A stretch of 26,918 nucleotides of DNA from a virus (Duplodnaviria > Heunggongvirae > Uroviricota > Caudoviricetes), in IMG/VR virus record IMGVR_UViG_3300032323_001205, positions 1 through 26,918 of that record. One strand, 5' to 3'. Shown in pieces: positions 14,492 through 21,702 of the stretch (the stretch's first letter is position 1; each line of letters starts with the position of its first letter). Below the pieces are notes generated by a model that saw nothing but the letters and a program-made list of their open reading frames with translations, did no database searches and was not told where the DNA came from. The position numbers and the translations under genes were made by a program.

Positions 14492-15010
14492 ATGCATCTA
14501 AGTAAGTTTATCGAATGTTTCAGTCACCGAATTACAGACGGTAGCGAGTACCAGTGGCAATCGTTTGGTCCCAATGCACGATATCTGGACTTTGAATCTG
14601 ACTATGCACATGGTTCGGTTATCTTTGATACAGTATCTCAAACAGTATATCAAGCCGATGTTAGTGCTAAGCCTGACGGTGATGACAACTTGCCAGGTCC
14701 ATATCGATTTCTAAATCCAGAATTTCGTGAAACATTCATCAATGAATGTAAACAACGGAAAGTAGAACCTTTTCATGCTTGGGACGATACCAACTATACT
14801 GAGTTGGAAGTCTGCGAAGACTTTTTAGAAAAAGCACATGCCATATTTAATAATCTTCCGTTTGACAAACGCATTGTTGTTCCGGTTGATCTAGATGATG
14901 ATTTAATCCTCAAGTTGGCAATGGAAGCACATAAGCGTGATATCACTTTAAACAAAATGGTAGAACTTGTATTGTTAGAGGCAATTGCTTTTCATGGTAA
15001 ATCGGTATGA
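14492..15010 (+). CDS. Hypothetical protein with C-terminal ribbon-helix-helix-like segment
   Basis: VPVDLDDDLILKLAMEAHKRDITLNKMVELVL resembles CopG/HicB-type RHH. Confidence 0.65.
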   Translation: MHLSKFIECFSHRITDGSEYQWQSFGPNARYLDFESDYAHGSVIFDTVSQTVYQADVSAKPDGDDNLPGPYRFLNPEFRETFINECKQRKVEPFHAWDDTNYTELEVCEDFLEKAHAIFNNLPFDKRIVVPVDLDDDLILKLAMEAHKRDITLNKMVELVLLEAIAFHGKSV

Positions 15011-15303
15011 ATTTTAAACAAGGTGTTGCCTCTACTGTAGCGTGGATCAAGGAAGACTATCAATCTAATCAGATACGATTTTTTTTAGAAGTTATTGCCT
15101 GGATAATTAGTATAGGATGTACGATAGCAGTAGCGGTGTACGCACCATATCCTCCTATGTTTGTATTATATCCTTTCTTTATTTTACAATGTACAATTTT
15201 TGCATATTGCGCATGGACAAGAAATAGTATGGGAATGTTTGCCAATTACCTTCTTATATCTACAATCGATTTAATTGGTTTAATTAAAATTTGGATGATG
15301 TAA
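15007..15303 (+). CDS. Membrane protein
   Basis: Three hydrophobic segments; ATGA coupling. Confidence 0.75.
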   Translation: MNFKQGVASTVAWIKEDYQSNQIRFFLEVIAWIISIGCTIAVAVYAPYPPMFVLYPFFILQCTIFAYCAWTRNSMGMFANYLLISTIDLIGLIKIWMM

Positions 15304-15767
15304 TGACAAAACGATGGTTAGCAGATGTAAAGGAAGATCCAGTTACTGGAGATGGCATCATTGAATTTCCTCCTGAAATGATGGAAGAAACTGGTTGGAA
15401 AGAAGGCGATGAACTTGTTTGGACTGATAATAAAGACGGAAGTTTCACTCTAACCAAAAAAGAAACACAGTGGGTATTAGTTGAAGCAGTATCTACTTTT
15501 CGTGAACGCTATATGGTTGAAGTACCAATTGGCATTGATAACTATGGTAAAGATAAAAGTGAATGGGCGCTTGATACTGTCACACTGAATGAAGCAAAAT
15601 CATTTTCATCAGAACATTTAGGCGAACAGATTGTCTCTCATCGTGTTATTACCATAACCGAAGCATTGGCTATATGCGATAAAGATAATGATTACACAAA
15701 ATCATGGCCCGATGACAAAAAGATCGAAACATTTTTTACACCATGGAAAGAACAAAATGACAACTGA
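15303..15767 (+). CDS. Hypothetical protein with N-terminal AbrB/MazE-like domain
   Basis: GDGIIEFPPEMMEETGWKEGDELVW..DGSFTLTK resembles the swapped-hairpin AbrB pattern; TAATG coupling at 15303. Confidence 0.65.
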   Translation: MTKRWLADVKEDPVTGDGIIEFPPEMMEETGWKEGDELVWTDNKDGSFTLTKKETQWVLVEAVSTFRERYMVEVPIGIDNYGKDKSEWALDTVTLNEAKSFSSEHLGEQIVSHRVITITEALAICDKDNDYTKSWPDDKKIETFFTPWKEQNDN

Positions 15768-16074
15768 ATTTATTGCACCCTCTATCCCATCTGAAATTGA
15801 TGACAAGTTGGAAAAACAAATTTACAAATGGTTGAAAAGTATATTGCCAACCACAGCAGCCACAATCACATTCACAAAGGTAGACGGTACCGAACGTGTG
15901 ATGAAGTGTACATTGGAAGAAAGTAAATTGCCACCTGTTGTAATTAAAGAAGATGCTAAGCCTCGCAAGCAATCCGACAGTACAAAGGCATTGCGTGTCT
16001 TTGACTTAGAAAAAGGTGAGTGGCGTAGCTTCACTATCAAAAACATCAAGCGTATTGAACTATCCATTAGTTGA
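15757..16074 (+). CDS. WYL_2-like (Sm/SH3-like barrel) phage protein
   Basis: ITFTKVDGTERVMKCTL and VFDLEKGEWRSF motifs. Confidence 0.75.
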   Translation: MTTEFIAPSIPSEIDDKLEKQIYKWLKSILPTTAATITFTKVDGTERVMKCTLEESKLPPVVIKEDAKPRKQSDSTKALRVFDLEKGEWRSFTIKNIKRIELSIS

Positions 16075-16099
16075 CAATAAATATAACTCATGCTATAAT
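16071..16099 (+). promoter_or_regulatory. sigma70 early promoter (repeat family)
   Basis: TTGACA-ataaatataactcatgc-TATAAT. Confidence 0.9.
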
Positions 16100-16106
16100 A
16101 TGGGTT

Positions 16107-16262
16107 ATGAAACGAGAAATAATATCCTTCAAACTTGAGCCGATGAAACATCGTGCCCATCGTGTGTTGTTTGATGACAACACACCGTTCAAACCTAAGG
16201 TTGCAAAATCTAAGGTTCAGTACCGTCGTAAAGACAAACATCCCAACCGCACCGAAATTTAA
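16107..16262 (+). CDS. Small basic protein, candidate ArfA-like ribosome rescue factor
   Basis: FKPKVAKSKVQYRRKDKHPNR resembles ArfA [24 protein letters not shown] but lacks KGKGS. Confidence 0.55.
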   Translation: MKREIISFKLEPMKHRAHRVLFDDNTPFKPKVAKSKVQYRRKDKHPNRTEI

Positions 16263-16278
16263 CAATAAGGAGTTACTA

Positions 16279-16485
16279 ATGAAAGTAATATTATTGTTCA
16301 CGGTCGCAATGCTTACCGGTTGTGCATCTAATATTCAACGCCCGAACTATGGTTACATGGTTCCAATGTGTCAAGGATTTCACAATAAAGGTGAGTTTGC
16401 CATCCACGCACAGTGTTCACAAAGTATCCGCAATGTTGAAGCACAAGTTGGTCAAAAAATTATCATGGAATTGATACGCCGATAA
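16279..16485 (+). CDS. Small lipoprotein
   Basis: MKVILLFTVAMLTG-C signal peptide II with lipobox LTGC; SD aaggag. Confidence 0.8.
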   Translation: MKVILLFTVAMLTGCASNIQRPNYGYMVPMCQGFHNKGEFAIHAQCSQSIRNVEAQVGQKIIMELIRR

Positions 16486-16486
16486 T

Positions 16487-16515
16487 TTGACAATAAATCC
16501 AATTCCTGATACAAT
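16487..16515 (+). promoter_or_regulatory. sigma70 early promoter (repeat family)
   Basis: TTGACA-ataaatccaattcctga-TACAAT. Confidence 0.85.
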
Positions 16516-16546
16516 ACATGCATTGAAACGATAAGGAATTGGAAGT

Positions 16547-16693
16547 ATGAAATTCACGTTGATTACAAGTAACGGTAAAGTATTCACTTTCTACGTTAAG
16601 GCTGTAGCAGAAACGTTTCAACAGGCATACGGTGGCACTCTGATCACCGGTTCTATTCTTACAAAGGAAAATCAAAATGCAATTCTCTCTTAA
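16547..16693 (+). CDS. Small hypothetical protein, 48 aa (MKFTLITSNGKVFTFYV...)
   Basis: Not in track; SD taagga, TAA 16691-16693. Confidence 0.7.
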   Translation: MKFTLITSNGKVFTFYVKAVAETFQQAYGGTLITGSILTKENQNAILS

Positions 16694-16913
16694 ACAAAAA
16701 GCACTATTTCAAACCGTCGGTTTGTTTGCCCTCGCTATTCCGGTAGCTATAATCGCAACCTTCATTGTATCAAATGTTAGTACTGTTGTACTACTCAATG
16801 CCTTAGGTGTAGGATTATTTGTTTGGTTCGGTTACCTCTTCTATAATGTTACCCTCAGTCGCCTTGAGCATGAGGAAACATTGAAGGAATTGAACAAAAA
16901 ATTTGACAAATAA
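16677..16913 (+). CDS. Two-TM membrane protein
   Basis: Two hydrophobic helices; SD aagga. Confidence 0.75.
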   Translation: MQFSLKQKALFQTVGLFALAIPVAIIATFIVSNVSTVVLLNALGVGLFVWFGYLFYNVTLSRLEHEETLKELNKKFDK

Positions 16914-16931
16914 TCGTTTTGGGCATATAAT
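16903..16931 (+). promoter_or_regulatory. sigma70 early promoter (repeat family)
   Basis: TTGACA-aataatcgttttgggca-TATAAT. Confidence 0.9.
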
Positions 16932-16963
16932 AGAATCTTAGATAGTTAACTAAAGGACTTAAA

Positions 16964-17248
16964 ATGACTTTGCAGGAAATCAATCGTGCTATCATCGCCG
17001 GCACTTTTTCTAATGAAGACCTCAACTCTATCGGGGATGCTATCAAGTTTGCAAGGGGCCAACTTGCACAGAAAGCCAAGTTCACCTTGCGGACAGGTTC
17101 GCAAGTAAAATTTACTAATTCCCGATCTGGTCAAACTGTACTCGGTACTGTTGAAAAAGTCAATCGTAAATATATCATCGTCCGTGAACACGGCAAAGCA
17201 TTTGGTGGTAATTGGAGAGTGCCCGCTAACATGTTACAAGCGGCTTAA
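16964..17248 (+). CDS. Hypothetical protein (C-terminal SH3/KOW-like beta pattern)
   Basis: SD aaagga; GSQVKF..GTVEKVNRKYIIV..WRVPANML. Confidence 0.8.
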   Translation: MTLQEINRAIIAGTFSNEDLNSIGDAIKFARGQLAQKAKFTLRTGSQVKFTNSRSGQTVLGTVEKVNRKYIIVREHGKAFGGNWRVPANMLQAA

Positions 17249-17264
17249 ACACAAAGGATATAAA

Positions 17265-17438
17265 ATGAGCAAAGTAAACGAATTGTATATGGATATTGAA
17301 TTGATGCTGGAAAAGGGCACACATCCTGCTACAATTTCCGCTGTACTTGATGTTCCGGTTTCTTGGGTCTATGAGGTTCTAGATGAAGCCGAAAAATCTG
17401 ATGAAGATTTTAGTCCCTTTAAAACAATCAATAGTTAA
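17265..17438 (+). CDS. Small HTH-like protein
   Basis: PATISAVLDVPVSWVYEVL HTH pattern; SD aagga before ATG 17265. Confidence 0.7.
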   Translation: MSKVNELYMDIELMLEKGTHPATISAVLDVPVSWVYEVLDEAEKSDEDFSPFKTINS

Positions 17439-17465
17439 TACTGTAGTATTACTTTTTGGCGAACT

Positions 17466-17584
17466 AAAGTATTCATTTTAATGCCACAGGAACGCTAGGA
17501 CCGATACTTTATCTAGGAATAGATACAGACACAATCCTAGCGTTTTTGCCAAAATTTGACAATAAATGGACATGGTGATATACT
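17466..17584 (+). promoter_or_regulatory. Stem-loop + sigma70 promoter element, copy 2
   Basis: aaagtattcattt; 10-bp stem aacgctagga 17491-17500/tcctagcgtt 17535-17544; TTGACA 17556-N17-TATACT 17584. Confidence 0.8.
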
Positions 17585-17614
17585 ATGTCTATAGATTGAT
17601 TAAAGGAGCTTGAA

Positions 17615-17944
17615 ATGCGTGAACAGGAAAAAGAGTACAAATCTGCTGGTCAATGGGCTTGGTTTGCTGAACGTGACGCACGTATGCGTAGTGCAGTCAA
17701 TAGTACTACTTTTAGCGATGCTCAAAAGCTGAAAGCCGAACGAGTTAAATTGGCCCTAGAACTGGTCTACAGTGCTGAAAAAGTATTCATCGAATATCGC
17801 AAAAAATTTATTAGTGTAAAAGTACACAAAGCACAAGTCCGTGATCGAAAGGGCCTGATTCTCTTGGAAATGTGCTATGAGAACGAAGGTCTGGAAAAGG
17901 TAAAAACTGCTCAGGGCGTGACTTACCGAATTCTCAAGGCTTGA
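17615..17944 (+). CDS. Hypothetical protein
   Basis: SD aaggag; TGA stop within next TTGACA. Confidence 0.8.
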   Translation: MREQEKEYKSAGQWAWFAERDARMRSAVNSTTFSDAQKLKAERVKLALELVYSAEKVFIEYRKKFISVKVHKAQVRDRKGLILLEMCYENEGLEKVKTAQGVTYRILKA

Positions 17945-17969
17945 CAATAAATCAGTTTGGGTATATAAT
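17941..17969 (+). promoter_or_regulatory. sigma70 early promoter (repeat family)
   Basis: TTGACA-ataaatcagtttgggta-TATAAT. Confidence 0.9.
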
Positions 17970-18001
17970 AGAATCTTAGACAGTCAACTAAAGGAAACGA
18001 A

Positions 18002-18427
18002 ATGGCTTACTTCAATCAAGAACGCAAACAGCAAAAAGCTCCTGCTATCAAGGCTATCCTGAAAAAGTACGGTGTCAAAGGTTCGCTTGCTGTTCGTAAT
18101 CATTCTACTTTTGTCCTGAACATCAAGTCGGGTTCGATTGACTTTATTGAAAACTTTATCGAAACCGATACCAAAGTTGTCTATGGCAAAAAAATGTCTC
18201 AGGAACAAATTGAGTACATTCGTAAGAATCGTTCGTTGGATGTTAACGTATACTGGTACAAAGAACACTTCAACGGCAAGGCATTGTCGTTCCTCAAAGA
18301 AGTTATCACTACAATGAACAGTGGTAACCACGACAATTCGGACGTCCAAACTGACTACTTTGACGTGGGTTGGTATGTGGATGTGAACATCGGTAACTGG
18401 AACAAACCTTATATCTTGGAGAGCTAA
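18002..18427 (+). CDS. Phage hypothetical protein (DNSDVQTDYFDVGWY motif)
   Basis: SD aaagga; highly-expressed codon bias. Confidence 0.85.
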   Translation: MAYFNQERKQQKAPAIKAILKKYGVKGSLAVRNHSTFVLNIKSGSIDFIENFIETDTKVVYGKKMSQEQIEYIRKNRSLDVNVYWYKEHFNGKALSFLKEVITTMNSGNHDNSDVQTDYFDVGWYVDVNIGNWNKPYILES

Positions 18428-18529
18428 ATGCTGAGTAAAATTTTTGAATTTATTGGGTCATATGCTAACACAATTGGCTGGGCACTATTGGTAATCGTAG
18501 GTTTAACACTTCTTTGGGGAAACAAATGA
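18428..18529 (+). CDS. 33-aa membrane peptide
   Basis: Not in track; ATG directly after upstream TAA; hydrophobic C-half. Confidence 0.55.
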   Translation: MLSKIFEFIGSYANTIGWALLVIVGLTLLWGNK

Positions 18530-18681
18530 ACAGTTATTTTGTAATGGTAAAATACAAAGATGAACCGGGCGCTGGATTCGGTCGTGTATACCTTAATGCT
18601 GACAATCCATATGCGGCAATCAGTATGGCCCGTGCTATGTATGGCAGGTTGTTGATTTCTGAATCGGCCATTCCGGCCTAA
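18526..18681 (+). CDS. Small hypothetical protein, 51 aa (MNSYFVMVKYKDEPG...)
   Basis: Not in track; ATGA coupling, TAA 18679-18681. Confidence 0.65.
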   Translation: MNSYFVMVKYKDEPGAGFGRVYLNADNPYAAISMARAMYGRLLISESAIPA

Positions 18682-18703
18682 CGAATAATGGGCAACACAA
18701 TGG

Positions 18704-18732
18704 TTGACAATAATGTCCTTTTGTGTTATCAT
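18704..18732 (+). promoter_or_regulatory. sigma70 promoter
   Basis: TTGACA-N17-TATCAT. Confidence 0.75.
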
Positions 18733-18794
18733 TATAACAGTGCTGAGTAATATCAGTACATTTTTAAACTTAGCTTTTATTTAAAGGAAACAAA

Positions 18795-19178
18795 ATGGCT
18801 AATTCTAATCAAACTTTCAAAGTCGCTGGTATTACTATTCACAATGGTAACGCTAAGGTTCGTTTCACTGATGACATGGTTCGCCGCATCAAACAATTTA
18901 CGAAAGGTGGCGCTACCCGTGTCGATTTCGTAGAGTTGCCGTCAGAGATGACTAAGGTTGAAGCATTGAAGTATATTGCTACTCTTCCCGAGTTCGCTAA
19001 CCCATCAGATCAGGCAACTATTGCTGATACCCTGGCTGATAAGACTAAAGAAGCAAATAAAGGTGAAGTCAAAGTTAAGAAGACTAAGCCAAGCCTCGAT
19101 GCTATCAAAGCACGTGGCAAAAAGAAAGATGTGACTCCTGAGCAAATCCTTGCTGTAGTAGAAGACGCTCCTTTCTAA
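18795..19178 (+). CDS. Hypothetical protein with Lys-rich C-terminus
   Basis: SD aaagga; highly-expressed codon bias. Confidence 0.85.
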   Translation: MANSNQTFKVAGITIHNGNAKVRFTDDMVRRIKQFTKGGATRVDFVELPSEMTKVEALKYIATLPEFANPSDQATIADTLADKTKEANKGEVKVKKTKPSLDAIKARGKKKDVTPEQILAVVEDAPF

Positions 19179-19183
19179 TTAAC

Positions 19184-19197
19184 GGGGCTTCGGCCCC
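19184..19197 (+). terminator. UUCG hairpin after 18795-19178 (terminator or stabiliser)
   Basis: ggggc-TTCG-gcccc; lacks a U-tract. Confidence 0.5.
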
Positions 19198-19209
19198 TAA
19201 TATACTAAT

Positions 19210-19416
19210 ATGAATCTACAAACATTTCGCCGATCGTTTAATCCTCGTAAAGAGTTTGATCCTGCAAATAAAAAAGATTTGCTGGAATTGAAGTTCTTTA
19301 AGAAAAATGGTAAATGGAAAAACGGATGTCCATTCTACCTAGAAGATCCGTTTATTGAAGTGCCCGCCATGTGTGAAAGTAAGTTTACTAATCATATGCT
19401 AGATAAAATAAAATAA
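19210..19416 (+). CDS. Hypothetical protein
   Basis: KWKNGCPFYLEDPF ORF. Confidence 0.75.
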   Translation: MNLQTFRRSFNPRKEFDPANKKDLLELKFFKKNGKWKNGCPFYLEDPFIEVPAMCESKFTNHMLDKIK

Positions 19417-19443
19417 AAAAAGCCCTTTAAGTGGGGCTTTTTT
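19416..19443. terminator. Bidirectional intrinsic terminator
   Basis: aaaaaagccct-ttaagt-ggggctttttt between convergent genes. Confidence 0.8.
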
Positions 19444-19469
19444 ACGGATTGTATCAACTTAAACTAAAT

Positions 19470-20591
19470 TCAGATATTCACGGGTAGTTGCTTAGTCAAC
19501 CAGTTCAAGTCACTACGATTATGTCTACGATACCAGCCCTTGTCTTGATATACATCTAAAACCATTTGAAAGTATTCTTCATACATAGGTGCTACTTTCT
19601 CAAATGTAAAGTTTTCAGCAAACTTTCTACAATTCTCGGGTTTGATGTTTTCTATATTTTCAGTAGCCCATACAAAATGATCGAATGTGCGACAACGGTA
19701 TCCCGTCAATCCATGTATATTGTTCTCTGTAAAACTACCCCAATCAGTTGTTATAGTAGGGGTACCACTTAACAACATTTCTACTTGAACTCCGCCAAAA
19801 GGTTCTATATACATACTTGGAACAAAAGCTCCTTTTGCTTTGCTCATTAGTTCTTTGCGCTTCTGAATATCGGCATAGCCCACAAATTCTACATGTTTGG
19901 GAAATGTCATACTGTCGGGCTTTTGTCCCGCAATTACTAGTTTCTGTCCTGCCGCCTCTGTTGCTTGTATAGCAACATGTACGCCCTTGCCCTCGTATAC
20001 ACGACCCAAGAACAAGAAATAATCTTCCTTTTTATCGTTGTATGTAAAATCGTCTGTGTCAAAGTAGTTTGGTATCACAGCATCATACCAATCTTGCTTA
20101 CAATTCCCCACAGCAGGTAGTCCATAGTATGCGTGATAGATAGCATAACTCTCAAATATCTTCCATCGTGCCCAATGTCCACCTGCATAACCAATACCGG
20201 GTTCTACGGTTATTAGATCAGGATGTGCGTCACACACAGGTCTTACACCACTACCCCAGAAGGGTAATATGAAATCGTGTTTTTGTTTGCGCCTGGACAC
20301 TTCAGTGATTGCGTTTTTATAGAATGTTTGATATGCGTGGTCGTTAATATCAAACTTAAAAAAGTTCTTACGCCAGTCATAACTGCCATATGCTTTTTGT
20401 AAGTCACTATTGCCTATAACCGTGACATGCTCATCACACACTAGGTCACTATCTTCATGACCATAATGTATGATTTCATGCCCTCTTGCCTTCATCATCT
20501 TGCCAAACTTGACAACTTTCTGCGTGTAGGCACAAGCATTGTATTCTTTGCTTGTGACCGTATGGGGGAGGCCTAAAATATGGAAGCGCAT
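19470..20591 (-). CDS. Glycosyltransferase family 4 (GT-B)
   Basis: FLFLGRVYEGKG and EPFGGVQVE (EX7E) motifs. Confidence 0.92.
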   Translation of the reverse strand: MRFHILGLPHTVTSKEYNACAYTQKVVKFGKMMKARGHEIIHYGHEDSDLVCDEHVTVIGNSDLQKAYGSYDWRKNFFKFDINDHAYQTFYKNAITEVSRRKQKHDFILPFWGSGVRPVCDAHPDLITVEPGIGYAGGHWARWKIFESYAIYHAYYGLPAVGNCKQDWYDAVIPNYFDTDDFTYNDKKEDYFLFLGRVYEGKGVHVAIQATEAAGQKLVIAGQKPDSMTFPKHVEFVGYADIQKRKELMSKAKGAFVPSMYIEPFGGVQVEMLLSGTPTITTDWGSFTENNIHGLTGYRCRTFDHFVWATENIENIKPENCRKFAENFTFEKVAPMYEEYFQMVLDVYQDKGWYRRHNRSDLNWLTKQLPVNI

Positions 20592-20600
20592 ATGTGGTTT

Positions 20601-20638
20601 ACCTAGTATAAAAATCTATATGATTACTTATACTAGGT
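20601..20638. other. Inverted repeat between collagen-like gene and glycosyltransferase
   Basis: acctagtataa / ttatactaggt, 11-bp perfect. Confidence 0.6.
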
Positions 20639-20654
20639 GAAGTCTTGCGTAAAT

Positions 20655-21611
20655 TTATGGAGTAGGATTGATTGCCGTTCCACCATCACTTACATACCAG
20701 CTACTAGTTGCAGATGAACCACCCGCGACCCAAATTAAATTACCGGTTGTGCTAAACACCATTAGACCTTGACTCTTGCCTGTTGTGTTGATAGTAGCAG
20801 CAGAATTACCTAAATCAGTGTCATTGGTAACAGTCAACACATTCGTTGCTGTAGCACCTGTAGCTCCTTGCGGCCCGGTAGCACCAGTAGCACCATCAAT
20901 ACCAGTAGCACCGGTAGCACCTGTTGCTCCTTGTGGACCAGTAGCACCGGTAGCACCTGCATCACCTTGGATACCTGTTGCTCCTTGAATGCCGGTAGCA
21001 CCTGCAGCACCTGTTGCTCCTTGTGGACCAGTAGCACCTTGTGGACCAGTAGCACCGGTAGCACCTGCAGCACCTGTTGCTCCTTGTGGACCAGTAGCAC
21101 CTGCAGCACCTGTAGCTCCTTGCGGCCCGGTAGCACCTGCAGCACCTGTTGCTCCTTGAATGCCGGTAGCACCTGCAGCACCTGTTGCTCCTTGAATGCC
21201 GGTAGCACCTGCAGCACCTGTTGCTCCTTGTGGACCAGTAGCACCTTGAATGCCGGTAGCACCTGCAGCACCTGTTGCACCGGTGGCTCCCGCGCCAGTC
21301 GCTCCTTGAATGCCGGTAGCACCTGTAGCGCCCACCCCTTTATAATTGTTGATAGTTTGATCTACTGCTGTTACGCTGATTGCACTAGGACCGGTGTACA
21401 CAGTTACAATATCACCGCTGTCATTACTTGTAGACTGAGTAATTGTTACTGAATTTGTGCCGGTGGTAGCAACGGCTTGATTGAATGTTGTTTCACTTCC
21501 TGAAACAACTGTCGGCCGATTAACTGCAATAAGATTTTGTTGCGCTGTTTCTCTTTCAAGTTGACGCAATATTGCTGGATCACCGACTCCTGCTTGTGGA
21601 TTTGTAGCCAT
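20655..21611 (-). CDS. Collagen-like (Gly-X-Y) protein, probably virion fibre
   Basis: About 50 consecutive [12 protein letters not shown] triplets; ATAAATA (21633-21639 on minus strand) and SD upstream. Confidence 0.92.
   Translation of the reverse strand: MATNPQAGVGDPAILRQLERETAQQNLIAVNRPTVVSGSETTFNQAVATTGTNSVTITQSTSNDSGDIVTVYTGPSAISVTAVDQTINNYKGVGATGATGIQGATGAGATGATGAAGATGIQGATGPQGATGAAGATGIQGATGAAGATGIQGATGAAGATGPQGATGAAGATGPQGATGAAGATGATGPQGATGPQGATGAAGATGIQGATGIQGDAGATGATGPQGATGATGATGIDGATGATGPQGATGATATNVLTVTNDTDLGNSAATINTTGKSQGLMVFSTTGNLIWVAGGSSATSSWYVSDGGTAINPTP
20850..21332 (-). repeat. 9-bp-period tandem repeats encoding the collagen domain, with 36-bp higher-order units
   Basis: Recurrent gtagcacctgcagcacctgttgctccttg(aatgccg/tggacca). 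Confidence 0.9.
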
Positions 21612-21702
21612 TTTAAGTTCCCTTTATTATACTATTTATGTGAAAGTCTCATTTTATTTCGGATATCACCGACTAATTGTGCCGATAAAGTTAACATTTC
21701 AA

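Noticed and set aside
12590-17996. CRISPR or attC-type integron repeats
   Set aside because: The repeats are sigma70 promoters with irregular gene-sized spacing, with no attC palindromes and no integrase in the window.
12893-18732. Minus-strand track ORFs in the early region (e.g. 12893-13276, 12970-13359, 15822-16301, 17984-18349)
   Set aside because: All promoters, SD sites and gene couplings point to the plus strand here.
20776-21452. Repetitive ORFs in other frames of the collagen gene (VAPVAP, VLQVLP, STCST)
   Set aside because: These are by-products of the stop-free 9-bp repeat.
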